64,000 nt of DNA from Dimorphilus gyrociliatus (lineage: Eukaryota > Animalia > Annelida), in contig CAJFCJ010000005.1 in NCBI GenBank assembly GCA_904063045.1, forward strand, positions 3,528,165 through 3,592,164. Reading direction: 5' to 3'. The first letter of the stretch is position 1; each line of letters starts with the position of its first letter. Below the pieces are notes generated by a model. It made no database searches. It was not told the DNA's origin and worked only from the letters and a program-made list of their open reading frames with translations. Made by a program: the position numbers and the translations under genes. Positions 1 to 12,739 of the stretch are shown here, in pieces.

Positions 1-91
1 TATGAAAAAACACTTTTGTATACGCTCATACAAACAAAAGTATATACTAATACTATGTGTTTTATTGTATGGACATGTTATGTCTACTTAC

Positions 92-2604
92 GCTGCGTTT
101 CTTGCTCTAGCTATTGGGTCTTCAGGTGAAGCTTTAACGACTTTGTTTTTGTTAAATTTATTTAACCATTCGTAATACTTGTCATAATTTCCTAAAATGA
201 CTTCCTTATGCGGATTGGGGGATTGTCGATTATCTCCAGCCGCAACGGGAAATTTGGCAGGTGCAGGAGATGGAGATGGCGCTTGCTTCCTATCTTCTCC
301 TTCCAAAATACTTTTCCAACCAGCTTCTCGTGCTTTATTCATCCTGGCTACCTAATAAAAAATAATAATAATAATGCTACAATTTAACATTATGCCTTAG
401 CCTTTAACATACTTTTTCCTTATCAGCAAATTCCCTTTGTTTTCTAAGTGCCTCCTAGAAAAAAAGCATAAATGTACATTTTAATGATATTATAAAACTA
501 TAATTAATTAACTGTTGCATAATCATTAAAAAAGTCTAATAAAAGGATTATGTTTCCTTTTTTCCGGAACAAAATAATAACTGGAATTTTTACAATAAAA
601 AAAATAGAGCACTAAATCACATTGTTAGTAAGTAAGCTGAAATTAAGAAATAGAGAAAGGAAAAAAAAAGGTTTTTACAGTTTTGTTCTTTTTCTTATTT
701 TCCTCAGGTTTAGATTTCGATGAAACAATTATCTACGTTTTTTTTTATAAGTAAACTAATTATATTTCGAAAGAAAGAGTTTTCTCTTTTTAACAGAAAG
801 TCTGTCATTTGTATTACCCTTTTTCTTTCGTCTCTTCTTCTTCCACTTTCCAATTCTTGTTTTCTCTTTTCTAGATCTAACAGGTGTTGTCTATTCTGTG
901 CTGAAGACGGTCGCTTCAGGGGTGTTGGTACTGGTGTCTTGTTTCTCTTCGGTGCATAGGCTGATGCTGGATTATATCTTGGAGATGGTGCCGGAGTTTT
1001 TCGAGCTAATTAAAAAATTTATAAATGTAAAAGAAATTTTTTTTAAATGATTTATTTTTAAAACCTGCAGATGACGGTCTAGGAGGAGCTTTTATTGGTG
1101 ACGGTTTGACTACTCCATCTATTGGCATCAAGTTCTTCTTAACTTTTACTCCATGCATTACAGTGTGACTAAATTCGTCGAGATATTCCTTTGTAATAAA
1201 TTTTAACAATTAATTAAAAAATCAAGTACAAAGAGCTTATCACTATGCAGAAAGAAATGAGCGTAAAGTTATCTCACCGAGTGACTAAGAAAGTTAACAA
1301 TCCTCTTTTGAAGTAAAGGCTTTTTTAAAATGGCATTTATGGACGGACGATCACCTGGACTTCTTTTCAAGGTCGAGGCTATTAATAATCTTAAATCAGC
1401 TGTATACCGTGGAGGTGGAGGATTATAGCTGCCTCTACTAATTTTCATGATTAGTAGTTTCATATTTCCGGCTTCAAACTTGAAAAAGTATTTATTAAAT
1501 TTTGTATTCTATAAATTCACGAAAGTACTTACTGCATGCTTCAAAGTTGTCAATTCGTATAGAACGCAGCCAAGAGACCAAACATCAGATTTATTATTAT
1601 ACGGTTTATTTTCAACTATTTCAGGAGATAAATAATAAGGTGTTCCAATGCAAGTTTTAGCTAACTCAACAGTAGAATTTAGTACTTTAGCAATTCCAAA
1701 ATCACCCAATTTAACTATACCATTCCTTGTAAGGAAAATGTTCTAAAATAAAGAAGAAGTAGAGATAATCAATTTAAATATATTTAAATTTTAATAGCTC
1801 AATTATTTAATTATCACACCTGAGATTTTATATCCCTATGCAGAATTTTCCTGTCATGAATGTGTTTAACCGATAGACATATTTGAACAAACCAATCAAG
1901 AATCTTTAAAAGGAAGAGAAAATAGAATTTTTAATTAATTTATTAGAAAAAGTAATAGTTTCTTATGGAATAAAATATTTGCTAACTTGTTCTTCAGGGA
2001 AGAGTATACCCCTTTGAGCATTTATTTTCGAGTATAAATCTCCACCATCACAAAAATCCATGACAATGCATAATCTCTCGAATTCTATTAAAATAAAAAA
2101 TGCCATAATTAATTAATAATTAAATAATTCTTAAAATTAAAATACTAGATAGATCCTTATTTGTAACTTTGAATATAATTCGCTTTCATTAAGTATTATT
2201 CAATGATAAGTTCAGTAAATAGTAAAATAATAAATACGCAAAAAAATTTAGTAGGATTGCTCTATACTAAGTAAAAAACACAATTTTTTTATATATTATT
2301 ACGTATTTTAGCTAATAAAATACACGGATTAAGACCTTCAAAGGATTCCCGGTACGTTACTACGTTGGGGTGGTTGAGTTGGGCCAAAACAGAAACTTCT
2401 TTTCTAGCTTCATCTCTAGCTTTTTTATCCATCTATTGTAGAAATATTTTATATTGTTACATAAATTTAATATAGTTTTATCATTACCCGAGTCATATTA
2501 ACTTCTTTAATAACATATTGCTTCCCATTAGCTTTTGATCTAACTAACAAAGCTTTGCCAAATGAACCTTCGCCAATTTTCCTTTGAATTTCGTATTTAT
2601 TCAT
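92..2604 (-). CDS. NEK1: NIMA-related kinase NEK1-like, multi-exon; 3' part runs off the left edge of the window
   Basis: ATG at 2604. Spliced translation [21 protein letters not shown]..., [48 protein letters not shown], followed by coiled-coil/low-complexity exons. The exon at 92-~350 ends in a GTAAGT donor whose intron leaves the window. Confidence 0.93.
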
Positions 2605-2789
2605 TTTGTCTTGATAATTGAATAAAATATGCCTTTTTACTGAATTATATTGATTCCGATAATTTCATGATTTTAGTTTAACAGCCTCGTCAATTCGATG
2701 AAATTTAAAAACTTTTGTAATTTTTCACAAGAATGCAGAAAGGATAGATGGTCTACGAAAATATGTTGCGTATTAAAAGTAGAATATCA

Positions 2790-2850
2790 ACTTCCGGTTA
2801 TTCTGCTAAATGTTCGCTGCTCGTGCATTAGCTGTTTCGTCCGCCATTTT
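2790..2850. promoter_or_regulatory. Candidate bidirectional promoter core between NEK1 and SRRT (ETS-like ACTTCCGG and YY1-like CCGCCATTTT)
   Basis: ACTTCCGG at 2790-2797 and CCGCCATTTT at 2841-2850 lie in a locally GC-richer patch between head-to-head ATGs (2604 minus, 3397 plus). Function is inferred. Confidence 0.45.
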
Positions 2851-3396
2851 GTTTTTCGCCTAACTCTGGTTTGAAGTTAATTTTTAAGGTAATTTACCCA
2901 TCTCTAACATTTTAGAATTCTAATGCACTATATAAAAATTGATAAAGAGTTTAAAGGCCCTAAAATAGTATTAGTTGTTGTTTAATCAACGATGCGATTT
3001 GAATTTAAAATAACAGTCATACCGGTAAGAGTCCACCAGTATATTTTCTTACAATAAGATCATTCCGTATTGCAGCTAAGATCATCTTTGGTCAATGCAA
3101 AACATTATATTCTTACGATTAAATATTTTTACTTTAGGACTTGTTCAAAAATAACAAATAAAACTCTATGAGTATACTATTTACATATCGCATATTAGGT
3201 TCTTCATCCATTCATTCAAAGGAAATACATTGTTTGGATTTTTTTTACAGACGTAGCTCATAGTGCACAAATAATCGTAGTAAAATTTCATGTATTCAGT
3301 TCTTTAGGATCTAATTTTTATTTTATGTTTTCTTTACAGTAAGATATTAAGATTCGGATTATAACCCCAAAACTATATTTGTAATTGTTTGATAAG

Positions 3397-6300
3397 ATGG
3401 GTGACAGTGATGAAGAATTCGATAGACGAAGAAACCGTGATAAGTTTCGCAGAGAACGAAATGATTATGATCGGGGGGGCAGAAGAGACGGCTGGGACAA
3501 TAGAGTAAGAGACGATTGGGCTAGAAGAGGACCACCAATGAGTCGTTATGATGAAAGAAGACGCTTCAGTCCACCAAGACATGATATGAGTCCACCACCT
3601 CATATGAAAAGAATGAGGAGAGATTGGTAATTTCATTTCAGACAGTCGTTGATATGTTTACAATTATATTCATACTTTATTAGGGATGAAAGTGGCTACG
3701 GCGCTCCGGATCACTGGGATGGAGGTCAAAAGATGCAGGAACCAGATTATCCCACGCAGCCTGTAATGCAAACATTCAAGCAGTTTTTGCAATCACAAGA
3801 CGATTCTATCAGTGACGATGACGCTGTCAAGAAATATGCGGAGTATAAACAAGATTTTAAGAAACAGCAAATATCTGAATTTTTCTTGGCTCATAAAGAT
3901 GAAGAATGGTAAGCTAAAATGATTTTCAATCTATTAATAAATGTATGGCTCACAACCTATCAGCAAGCAATAGGAAATTATTTTGATAATTGATATATAT
4001 TTGATATTCATATATATTAGCAATATTATAATATATATATATATATATATATTAAGTATTCAAAAAGGTTCAAACTTTAATGATTCACATATTTTAAAAT
4101 ATTAATAATTATTATATTTAAAAAAGAAAATTTTGTTTGAGACAGTCTCTTAAAAAGAAGCTTTTTTATTTTGCTTTTAAAGAGTAATTATTGATATTAA
4201 TAGAAAGAAGCTACTTTTAAAATTCTCTCTAAAAAAAACCCAAAAGTTATTTATGTATTATTTTCTAAAAAGAAATACATTTCCATTTTATATATGATTA
4301 TAGGCTAACTATTCCTCCAAAATTAAGTAATTATCTTTATTTGTGCCTTTCGTTTATATTTAATTGCTTTGGAAGTGTTCTAAGTGAACGAACAGCCTAC
4401 TAACGCATCTTTGTATAACTGTTTTACTTTTCTCATTATAAACCAATAATAAGGCTTCGCTAAGCTATAAAAATGACATTTATTTTATATATATATATAT
4501 GCATACACTTCATGCTTATATATAATATATATGTAATCTGTAAATTTGAAATTTCCAATTTCATTTTAACAATTCAAATTTATTTATTTTATCAAGATTT
4601 AAAATAAGTATCAAAATGTCATTCAAGTCATTTTTATGGTTCCTTGTAAAGGAGTGGCCTGCTTTTATTCATCCAAATTAAATATTTTCAGCTAGAAACT
4701 ATATGGTTGGATGGTTTCTGCGAAAAATTGTTTTAAACTCGATATTGATACAAAAATAAACAAAACAGCTTAGTGAGACAGTTAGGGACTATTTTGATAC
4801 ACAGATAGGGCTTTTATTATGCAAAATTAGACAGGGTCAGCTAGTTAGTTAGGGAAGAAGAGAAGTTTTTAAAAACTTTAAACATCTGATATGATGGTAA
4901 GATGTGTTTTAGTGTATGTCATATTTGGCAATATGATAATTGATAACACAATTATCTAGGATTATTCAATTTTGAGAGAACATTGTTTTTAATTTATTTT
5001 TATAATTACTACTAGGTTTAAAGCTAAGTATCATCCGGATGAATGTGACAAAAGAAAGACTGAACAACGAGCTGCTATCAAACGGCGCTGTGATGTATTT
5101 TTAGAGTTAATGAATACTGGGTGGCTGGACAATCTTGAGCTCGATTGCGAAAAACAAAAAGATATTGCAAAAGTTAGTTACTTTTATATTGTTACGAACT
5201 TAATTAAATAAAATTTGGAGTTCCTGTGTTTTGGATACTTACGAAAAATTTTGGCTTTCAGATATTAGACGCAGCAGTTATTTTAATGGAAGGGGGAACA
5301 GATTTTGATCTAGCTGTGTTAGACCAGATTGAATCAGATATAAAAGAGTCTAGATCCGAACCGAAAATTGAGTAAGAATAATTCATTAAATTGCAAAAAA
5401 TTATCAACAAATAATGATGTGTATTTTTATAGAATAAAAGATCGAGTTCAAGAAAATAAGCCAATTGAAAACAAGAAAAAGCGAAAATTAAGTGGAGATG
5501 ACGATGATGACAGTAATAGCGGAATATCTAGTAATTCGCTTTCAGACAGCGAAGGTGAAGAAAAAGGTAAAGCTAATAATATTACTTTTCTTCGTTGTGA
5601 TAAGCTCAAACTCTTTTTAGCCGCAAAGCCAAATGCGAATAACGAAGTATCCAAAATGGATAATTCTATTGAGGACAATAACGTGTCACCAGCTAAAGAA
5701 GAAAATGATGAAACAAATAAAAAGGAGGACGAGGAGGAAGAAGAACCTGCTGAACCAGATGAAATAAAAGAAATAGAAAGTCCATCAGAGCAGCCAGAAG
5801 AAGAGAGAGAAAAAGGAGCGGAAGATGAAAATGGTTTGATTGAAACGATCAACTTCAGAATATTCTTAAACAATATGAATTTTTTACATTTACCAGATAG
5901 AGAAAAAGAGACTGAAGAGAAACAAGAGGAAGAAAAACAGGAAAAAGAAGAAGAAAAGAGTATACACCCCAGGGCTCTGCATAAAACTTTATCTATTTTT
6001 CTCAGAAATTTAGCACCTGCTATTACCAAGCAAGAAGTTGAATCGGTGAATATTATTTTTTGAAGTGTTGATCATACAAATTTTTACCCAAGTAATCATA
6101 TCTTTTTTCAGATGTGTAAACGCTATCCTGGATTTATGAGGGTTGCTATTCAAGATCCACAGCCCGAGCGTAGATTTCATAGACGAGGTTGGGTTACATT
6201 TGATCGGAGTGTAAACATTAAAGACATATGCTGGAATTTAAATAATATTAGAGTAAGTTGGAATTCCTATTTTTTTATATCATCCGAAAGATTTTAGTTG

Positions 6301-8427
6301 GCTAAATAAAATTAGAAAAAATCAAATTAAATTTGCTGATATCTTCAACGCACATTATGAAAAAGCTTAATTGTTTCCAGCTTAGAGATTGTGATATGGG
6401 AGCAATTGTTAATCGTGACTTGAAACAACGTGTTCGACCTGTAAATGGAATTGTTTCACATAAAGAGATAGCCAGAATGGATATACGTCATGCAGCAAGG
6501 GTAATTGTTGCACTAGATAATCGGGCTGACTTATGGAAAGAATCTAATCAAGAGGAAAATAAAACTCAACCTAGTGCGGAATTGGATTTAGGTTTAAAAA
6601 GCAAGAATCCTTTATTGAAAAATATTACGGACTACATGGTCGAGGAAGCTGACTGTGAAGAGCAGGAGCTCTTAGGAGCTGCGGGTGATGGTGAAGATAA
6701 GAAAGAAGGTGGTAGTACTAAAGTTGAGACTGATGACGAACTCAACAAGGTTTTAGATAAACTGATACTTTATCTTCGCATTGTTCATTCTTTTGACTTC
6801 TATTCTGTTGGCGAATATCCAAATGAGGATGAAATGCCTCATAGATGTGGCATAATACATGCTAGAGGGAGCGCCCCTATAAATTTAAATGCGCACGCTT
6901 TCAACACAGCAGTAACGGAATGGATACACAATTTTGAACAAAAAATGTTACCATGGGTAGAACTAAAGGTAAATATTTTGTTTTTCTTTTAAGTTATTTT
7001 GACTATTGGTTACGAATATTAGACGAAATTAAACGACGAAGATGCTGAAAAATTGGGCAGGAAATCTGAAGATGCTGAAGTAGAAAAGTTTATTGAAGCA
7101 AATACGCAGGAAATTACAAAAGATAAATGGCTGTGTCCTTTAAGTGGAAAAAAATTTAAAGGACCAGACTATGTTCGAAAGCATATTACTAACAAACATG
7201 AAGATAGAGTTCTTGAAGTGAAGAAGGAGGTGTCCTACTTCAACAATTACCTAGCAGACCCTAAGAGACCTCAACTTCCGGAGCATCCCAGCCGTTCTGC
7301 GACTACTATGCATACTAGAACTTCTGACTATCATCATCCACCCCATTCTTATGGACGAGGTCCACCAAATTATGGAGGTAAATATTTCAATATGATAATC
7401 TCAAAATAAACTGATAAATTTTACCTTGTACTTTATTTTCTTTTACAGCACCTCGCGAAAGAGCTAGAGGTGCGTTCAGTTTGCTTTTAAGCGCAATTAA
7501 ACAGAGAATGAACATTTTCTTTAGTTAATTATTAAAATTAAGAACAAAAGTCTTTGATCAATTGCCTTATTTTCTAAACAATCTCGATATAAGTCAAGGG
7601 TTATATATACGAAAGTATATGTGATTCTATTATATGATTTAAATGTGTATTTATACAGTATCATCAGATATTTATAACTATTCATTATATTACTTGACGT
7701 TTAAATGTTTACTTACTATAAAATGTTGTATTAAAGGTGAATTGCTTTAACCATGACAGTCGATATATCAGCATTCGACATTTCTAATTTATGGTGCTTG
7801 TTTTTATAAAAATTAATCAACAATAAGTAAAATGTATATATTTTTATTTTTAAAGGATCAAAAAATATTATAATTTTAAAATATTCTTTAAAGTAGCATC
7901 TCTCTTGATTAATTATACAAAAATTTAATTACTTGGTTAAGCAAAAAGATTTTACCTTGGAGTGGTTTTATTACTTAACGTTATCTAAAACTTTGTTTAT
8001 TTTCTTGTTTTAATTAGAAATGATATATAATCTATCAGAAAATGTTAGTTGAGAACTAACCAAATATCGAAGTATCCTACCTTCGATAAAAGCGATATAA
8101 TTTTCTAATGAGCTAGGTTTTAACATAAATAATAGCATTTTTTTTTATTAAGAATTACGTTAGATTTTGTTAATGTTATAGCAATGTTCATCACTGAAGG
8201 ATTCGATACAAAAAGAACATTTTACAAAATACTCAAAAAGTGCACAAATATATTTCTTTGGCTGTTTTGCAGGCGGCTATGGTTATCCACCTCCACCAAG
8301 GGATTATAGAGATAGGAGAATGCCACCGCCACCTCCTCACAGAATAATGGGCAGAGGCCGAATTGATCCAAGGCCGATGGTTGATTATCATGATTTGGAT
8401 GCTCCAGCGGATATGGATATACTTTGA
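3397..8427 (+). CDS. SRRT: Serrate RNA effector / Ars2, multi-exon, complete
   Basis: N-terminus [20 protein letters not shown], then [10 protein letters not shown]|FKAKYHP, an RRM ([11 protein letters not shown]...RRGWVTF), a zinc finger ([20 protein letters not shown]) and C-terminus [20 protein letters not shown] (TGA 8425-8427). Confidence 0.96.
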
Positions 8428-8846
8428 AAGAGCGAAACTTAAAAGGAGTTTAAAATTTAGATGTTTTAGTATACTTTTCTGTTGTGACTAAGTTCGAAGA
8501 GTAATGGACTTTTTTGTATTGTTGCAAGTATAATAAACATTTTCTACATCAGAAAAAAACACCTAGCAGATGAAGCAATATAATTCGATTTTAGTCTGCT
8601 TATTGTAAGTAAAGTGAACTCTTATTCTGTTGTAACAAAAAAATATTGAAAATATAAAAAGTGTTAAAACACCTTTACTGTTATATTTTATGTGACAAAC
8701 CAAACTTTAATAAAGTGCATGAGAACAGATATAATTATATTTGTAAATAGGATTTCAGTAACTACTATATTTTCTGATTGTTTGCTAATTGATTGAATAA
8801 ATGTTAAGACGAGCTGGCGTGTATTTCAACTTCTGCTGATCCGTAT

Positions 8847-9981
8847 TTAGATGGATTTTCTTCCATGTAGAATAAAAAATTGCCACTCTACAGTAAAAGT
8901 TGTGGTGTCTTCCAAGTTTTCTTTGTTTAAACGTTCCTTAAATCTAGTTGTATATATAAATCATTTAATTTCAAAGCATAAACGAATATTTAATTTTTGA
9001 AAGCATGCTCACTTTAGACAAAAATCTTGAAGAGGATCTGATGATTCCTTTGCTAGAAATTGTCTATAAGGTGACCAAGAACTCAAATATCCAGAGTAGG
9101 ATTCAAGTGTCATTTCTTTTTGCAATTTTAACGAATCGTTTCTGAATTGAAATAAGACAAATTCTTTAATACCAATATAGAGTATGATCATTTATATTTA
9201 CCTTCCAGAGTCATCGAAAGGTATTTTCCAATTTTTATAGCCTAGTCGAACAATTTCGAATTTTGGTGTTTTATATTTATCAATCGATTCAGAAAACTAT
9301 TACAGATAACTGAATTTTTAAAATATCATTAGAATGAGATAAGAACGAACTTTTTCCAATAATTGATCAAGGTCTTTGTTTAATTCATCAGAAAAACTTT
9401 TAATATGACTTTCAGAATAGCCAAATAATAATAAACAACCTCCAGGTATTAGAATCCTATCAACCTCTTTATAAAAATTCTCAATTGGTTCGAACCAATG
9501 TGCGGCAATTCCAGCATAAACAAGACTTACCGAGCTATCTTCGAAAGGAAGTTGATCAAAACTACCAACCCTACATTGAACAATGTATAGTGTTGAATAT
9601 ATAATTTGATTACTATTAATTAATATAAGATAGAGTCATACTTGTATTCAATATGTTTAAACTTATTTTCTTTCTTTGCCACAGTTATTTGAGCTTCGCT
9701 TATATCTATACCAACTATCTTTTGAAAATGGGATGCTAATAATTCTGTACTCTGACCAGAACCGCAGCCAACATCTACTGCAATTCTTCTAGACTCTGGA
9801 AGAGTCAGCTAAGAAGGAAAGTATTCAATTTTTTTTTCCAATGATTAAATTTTTTATTCGTGTCGTTCACCTTTTCATCAATATATTGTAATATGAAACT
9901 AGTCACAGAGGCGGGATAAGTAGGCCGAAAGTTTTTATATGCTTTAGCTATTTCAGTGCTTTGAAATAATTTCTTAAACAT
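8847..9981 (-). CDS. Class I SAM-dependent methyltransferase, DDB_G0268948-like (paralogue 1)
   Basis: Spliced MFKKLFQSTEIAKAYKNFRPTYP..., motif I VDVGCGSGQ, GIDISEAQ, AAHWFEP..FYKEVDRILIPGG, ending FILHGRKSI*. Confidence 0.85.
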
Positions 9982-10159
9982 CTTGTATTCTGGGTCACTG
10001 TAACGGATAATGCTCTAGAAAAAATTTTTAAAAATAGCCAATTGTATAATTGATAATGGGAAGGTAACTACAAATGATATGACATAGTTTTATGAAAATT
10101 TGAAAATTCAAAAGATTAAAGAAACTGTGCAAAAAAAATCCGGAACATTACATATAGAA

Positions 10160-11157
10160 ATGATCAAGTTAAAAAAACATTTATCAAAAATCTTTTTAAA
10201 TACCAATCATAAGATAACAGAGAACAAAACTAGTAAATTAGTGTCTATGTCATTTTCTGCAGAGAAATTTCAACCGTTAAAACCTACCAACAACTCTTTA
10301 ATACGAGATCGAAGAGTTAGTTTTAATAAGCACTCCGACGTAATCTTATTTGAGCCTGACAGCAGGACCGCAGATAAAACAACAACAACGAGGTCAAAAA
10401 CAAATACACAATTAAGATCACCGCCCCCAAGAAGAATTCGATTAGAGTGGGGTAAATTTTATTATTATTTTTAAATAGTTAATATAAAAAAAAGGTAAAC
10501 AATTGCCAAAAAATGATAGAATTCATTAACAATCAATCGTTAATCGATCTAATCATTTTGTAAAATTTAGGAATGCTACAAAAAAAGAAAAGCAAACTTT
10601 ACCAGCAACTTTTATCAAAATTTAATCAATTCGACAAAAATTCAATAAATCGTATTGCAACTGCAATAGACCGTCTACAAAGTGATATATATTCAAAATT
10701 AAACAATAGCCATAAGAATACCGTAATAAAGAATTATCATTACGATTGTTTTCAAGATAATTCTCAAAATGACGATAAAGGTTTAGAGGAATTTTTACAA
10801 GCATTTTCAGAGCAAATTTTTAATCGTCTGCCGCCAGGAATTGATAAGCAAACAGACTCATTAAAAAGTATAGAAGATATACAGCGAGCTCTTCAGTGGT
10901 ATATTCAGAGCCACTCTAGGCTTATAATGGAAGAGAAACCCTTACTACGGGTTCAATGTCCTCAGACTGAAAAAAATGATGGCAACATTAGAGGTCAGAA
11001 CAATTGTCATGCACCGTTGAAATTGGTAAAATGTCGGAGTTTAGAAGCATCTAAAGAAATTGAAAATATTTTTAAAAAAGCAAATAAAACTCAAGACCCG
11101 AGTTCAATAACCGCTAAGCAAAGGACATACAGTTGGAATAGTCTCTTTCATTCATAA
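10160..11157 (+). CDS. Two-exon uncharacterised protein of about 270-300 aa
   Basis: ORFs 10100-10474 and 10573-11157 join in frame through a GTAAAT...TTTAG intron (LEW-G-MLQ). The start is ATG 10160 or 10247. No family recognised. Confidence 0.65.
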
Positions 11158-11295
11158 TTTATTCAAAAAAAATATCTATTTACATATGTAAAAAGAGAAA
11201 TACAGTCTAAAAAAGCATTTTATATGTTAATTTAATTAAATTCAAACAAAACAAAGGTAAAATATGATAATATTAAATTGTACGAAATAAAATAA

Positions 11296-12050
11296 TTAAC
11301 TTTTCCCACAACATGGGCAATTAGAAGGTTTCCCCCCTAATTGGTTGCTAAGACGTGTTTCTTTGGAGATAGTTTTGAAATTTTCCTTCTCATGATCTAC
11401 CTTTGAATTATCTAAAACTATTGGAGGTTTACTTATTTGTTCTTGATCTCTATGTGGATAAATTACAAGCCAATCTTCCGTTTTTGGATGCTTAGCAAGG
11501 ACTCCTGTTTAAATAGAGAGAACACTTAGGTTTATTAGTATAATTTGTGAAAAAAATTGTTTAATATACCGTTATTATATGAATATGTTCTTCTTCCACT
11601 TTCTTTAATTGATTGTTTCATTTTGCTTTGAGACTTCCTTACTCTATAATCACTTAAAAAGTATACGAACTGAACAAATTGACTCCCAGTTATTATCATC
11701 AAAGTACCATAAGTTAGAACTATTAATGTTACAAAACCAATTGTCATCGCTATATTAGTTCGATACATAGTTATAAAGGATGCAGATTGATTGTTTCTAT
11801 TGAGGAAATCCATAACAAGGAAATGCGAATATCTATACTTGATATATGGTAGACTTCTATACCAAATTAAATTATAATGATCTTTAAACTTATGATCAAT
11901 TCCTTCCGTATTGTTTATCGTGATTTGACGACTCTTTCTATCTAAAATTACTGTATTATTTTTTAAGACAGTTGTTTCACTTCCATTCCCATTTGAATTT
12001 AAGATTATTGAACTTTCAATGAATAACACCAAACCTAAATAAAAAATCAT
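11296..12050 (-). CDS. Uncharacterised predicted type I membrane protein (two exons)
   Basis: Signal-like MIFYLGLVLFIESSIIL at 12050, several N-x-S/T sequons, hydrophobic IAMTIGFVTLIVLTYGTLMIITG, then a GTATAT...AAACAG intron and a tail ending NCPCCGKS*. Confidence 0.55.
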
Positions 12051-12739
12051 TTTACTTTTCAACAAGTTTACGCATACGTCATCTATTTCGAGTTCAAAAC
12101 AGAAAATGATGAAAACAACAGATTTAACACGGAATACTTTCAAATTTAAAAAATAAAATTGACGATAACTTTTTATTAATTGTATTGTTTTATTACAAGT
12201 TAGGATAATCTTTCTTTAAATATTAAGAAAACTTTTATTCATTTAATTTTTCTTTGACTGTCCGGAAATCCTGAAATGGCTCATAGATACTTATAAAAAT
12301 ATATTACAACTTTCTTTCGGGAGTAAAGTTCAGTGTACTAATACTTGAATTGAGCTTTTTGTTATCATTTAGAATATACTTTCAATAGTGTCATACACAT
12401 AGGCTTACATCCAATATTTATTAGTATGAAAAGTTCAAAAACAAGTTATAAGAATGAAAAATTGAGAATACTCTTTTAAAAAATAACAATTTGATGACGT
12501 CAATAGAGAATTGGTTTTATTCCAAAGCAATACGGATACTTATTTATAAACAAAAAAAAAGTCACTTATATCAATTTAATAGCTTTTATTTTCAATTTTC
12601 AATTAGTTCTATACTGTCAGTATTTATCATATAGCAATATTCAGCATGAAATTCATTTATATGAAAAGATGGCTACTTTATTACTAAGCAGAGTACATCG
12701 GAATTTAAATCTTATCATTGTTCTTAAATAACTGCAGAT

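Noticed and set aside
2093-2335. Possible 15-nt microexon in NEK1 intron 2
   Set aside because: The splice signals are weak and such AG..GT pairs are expected by chance in AT-rich DNA; it would also interrupt the kinase N-lobe.
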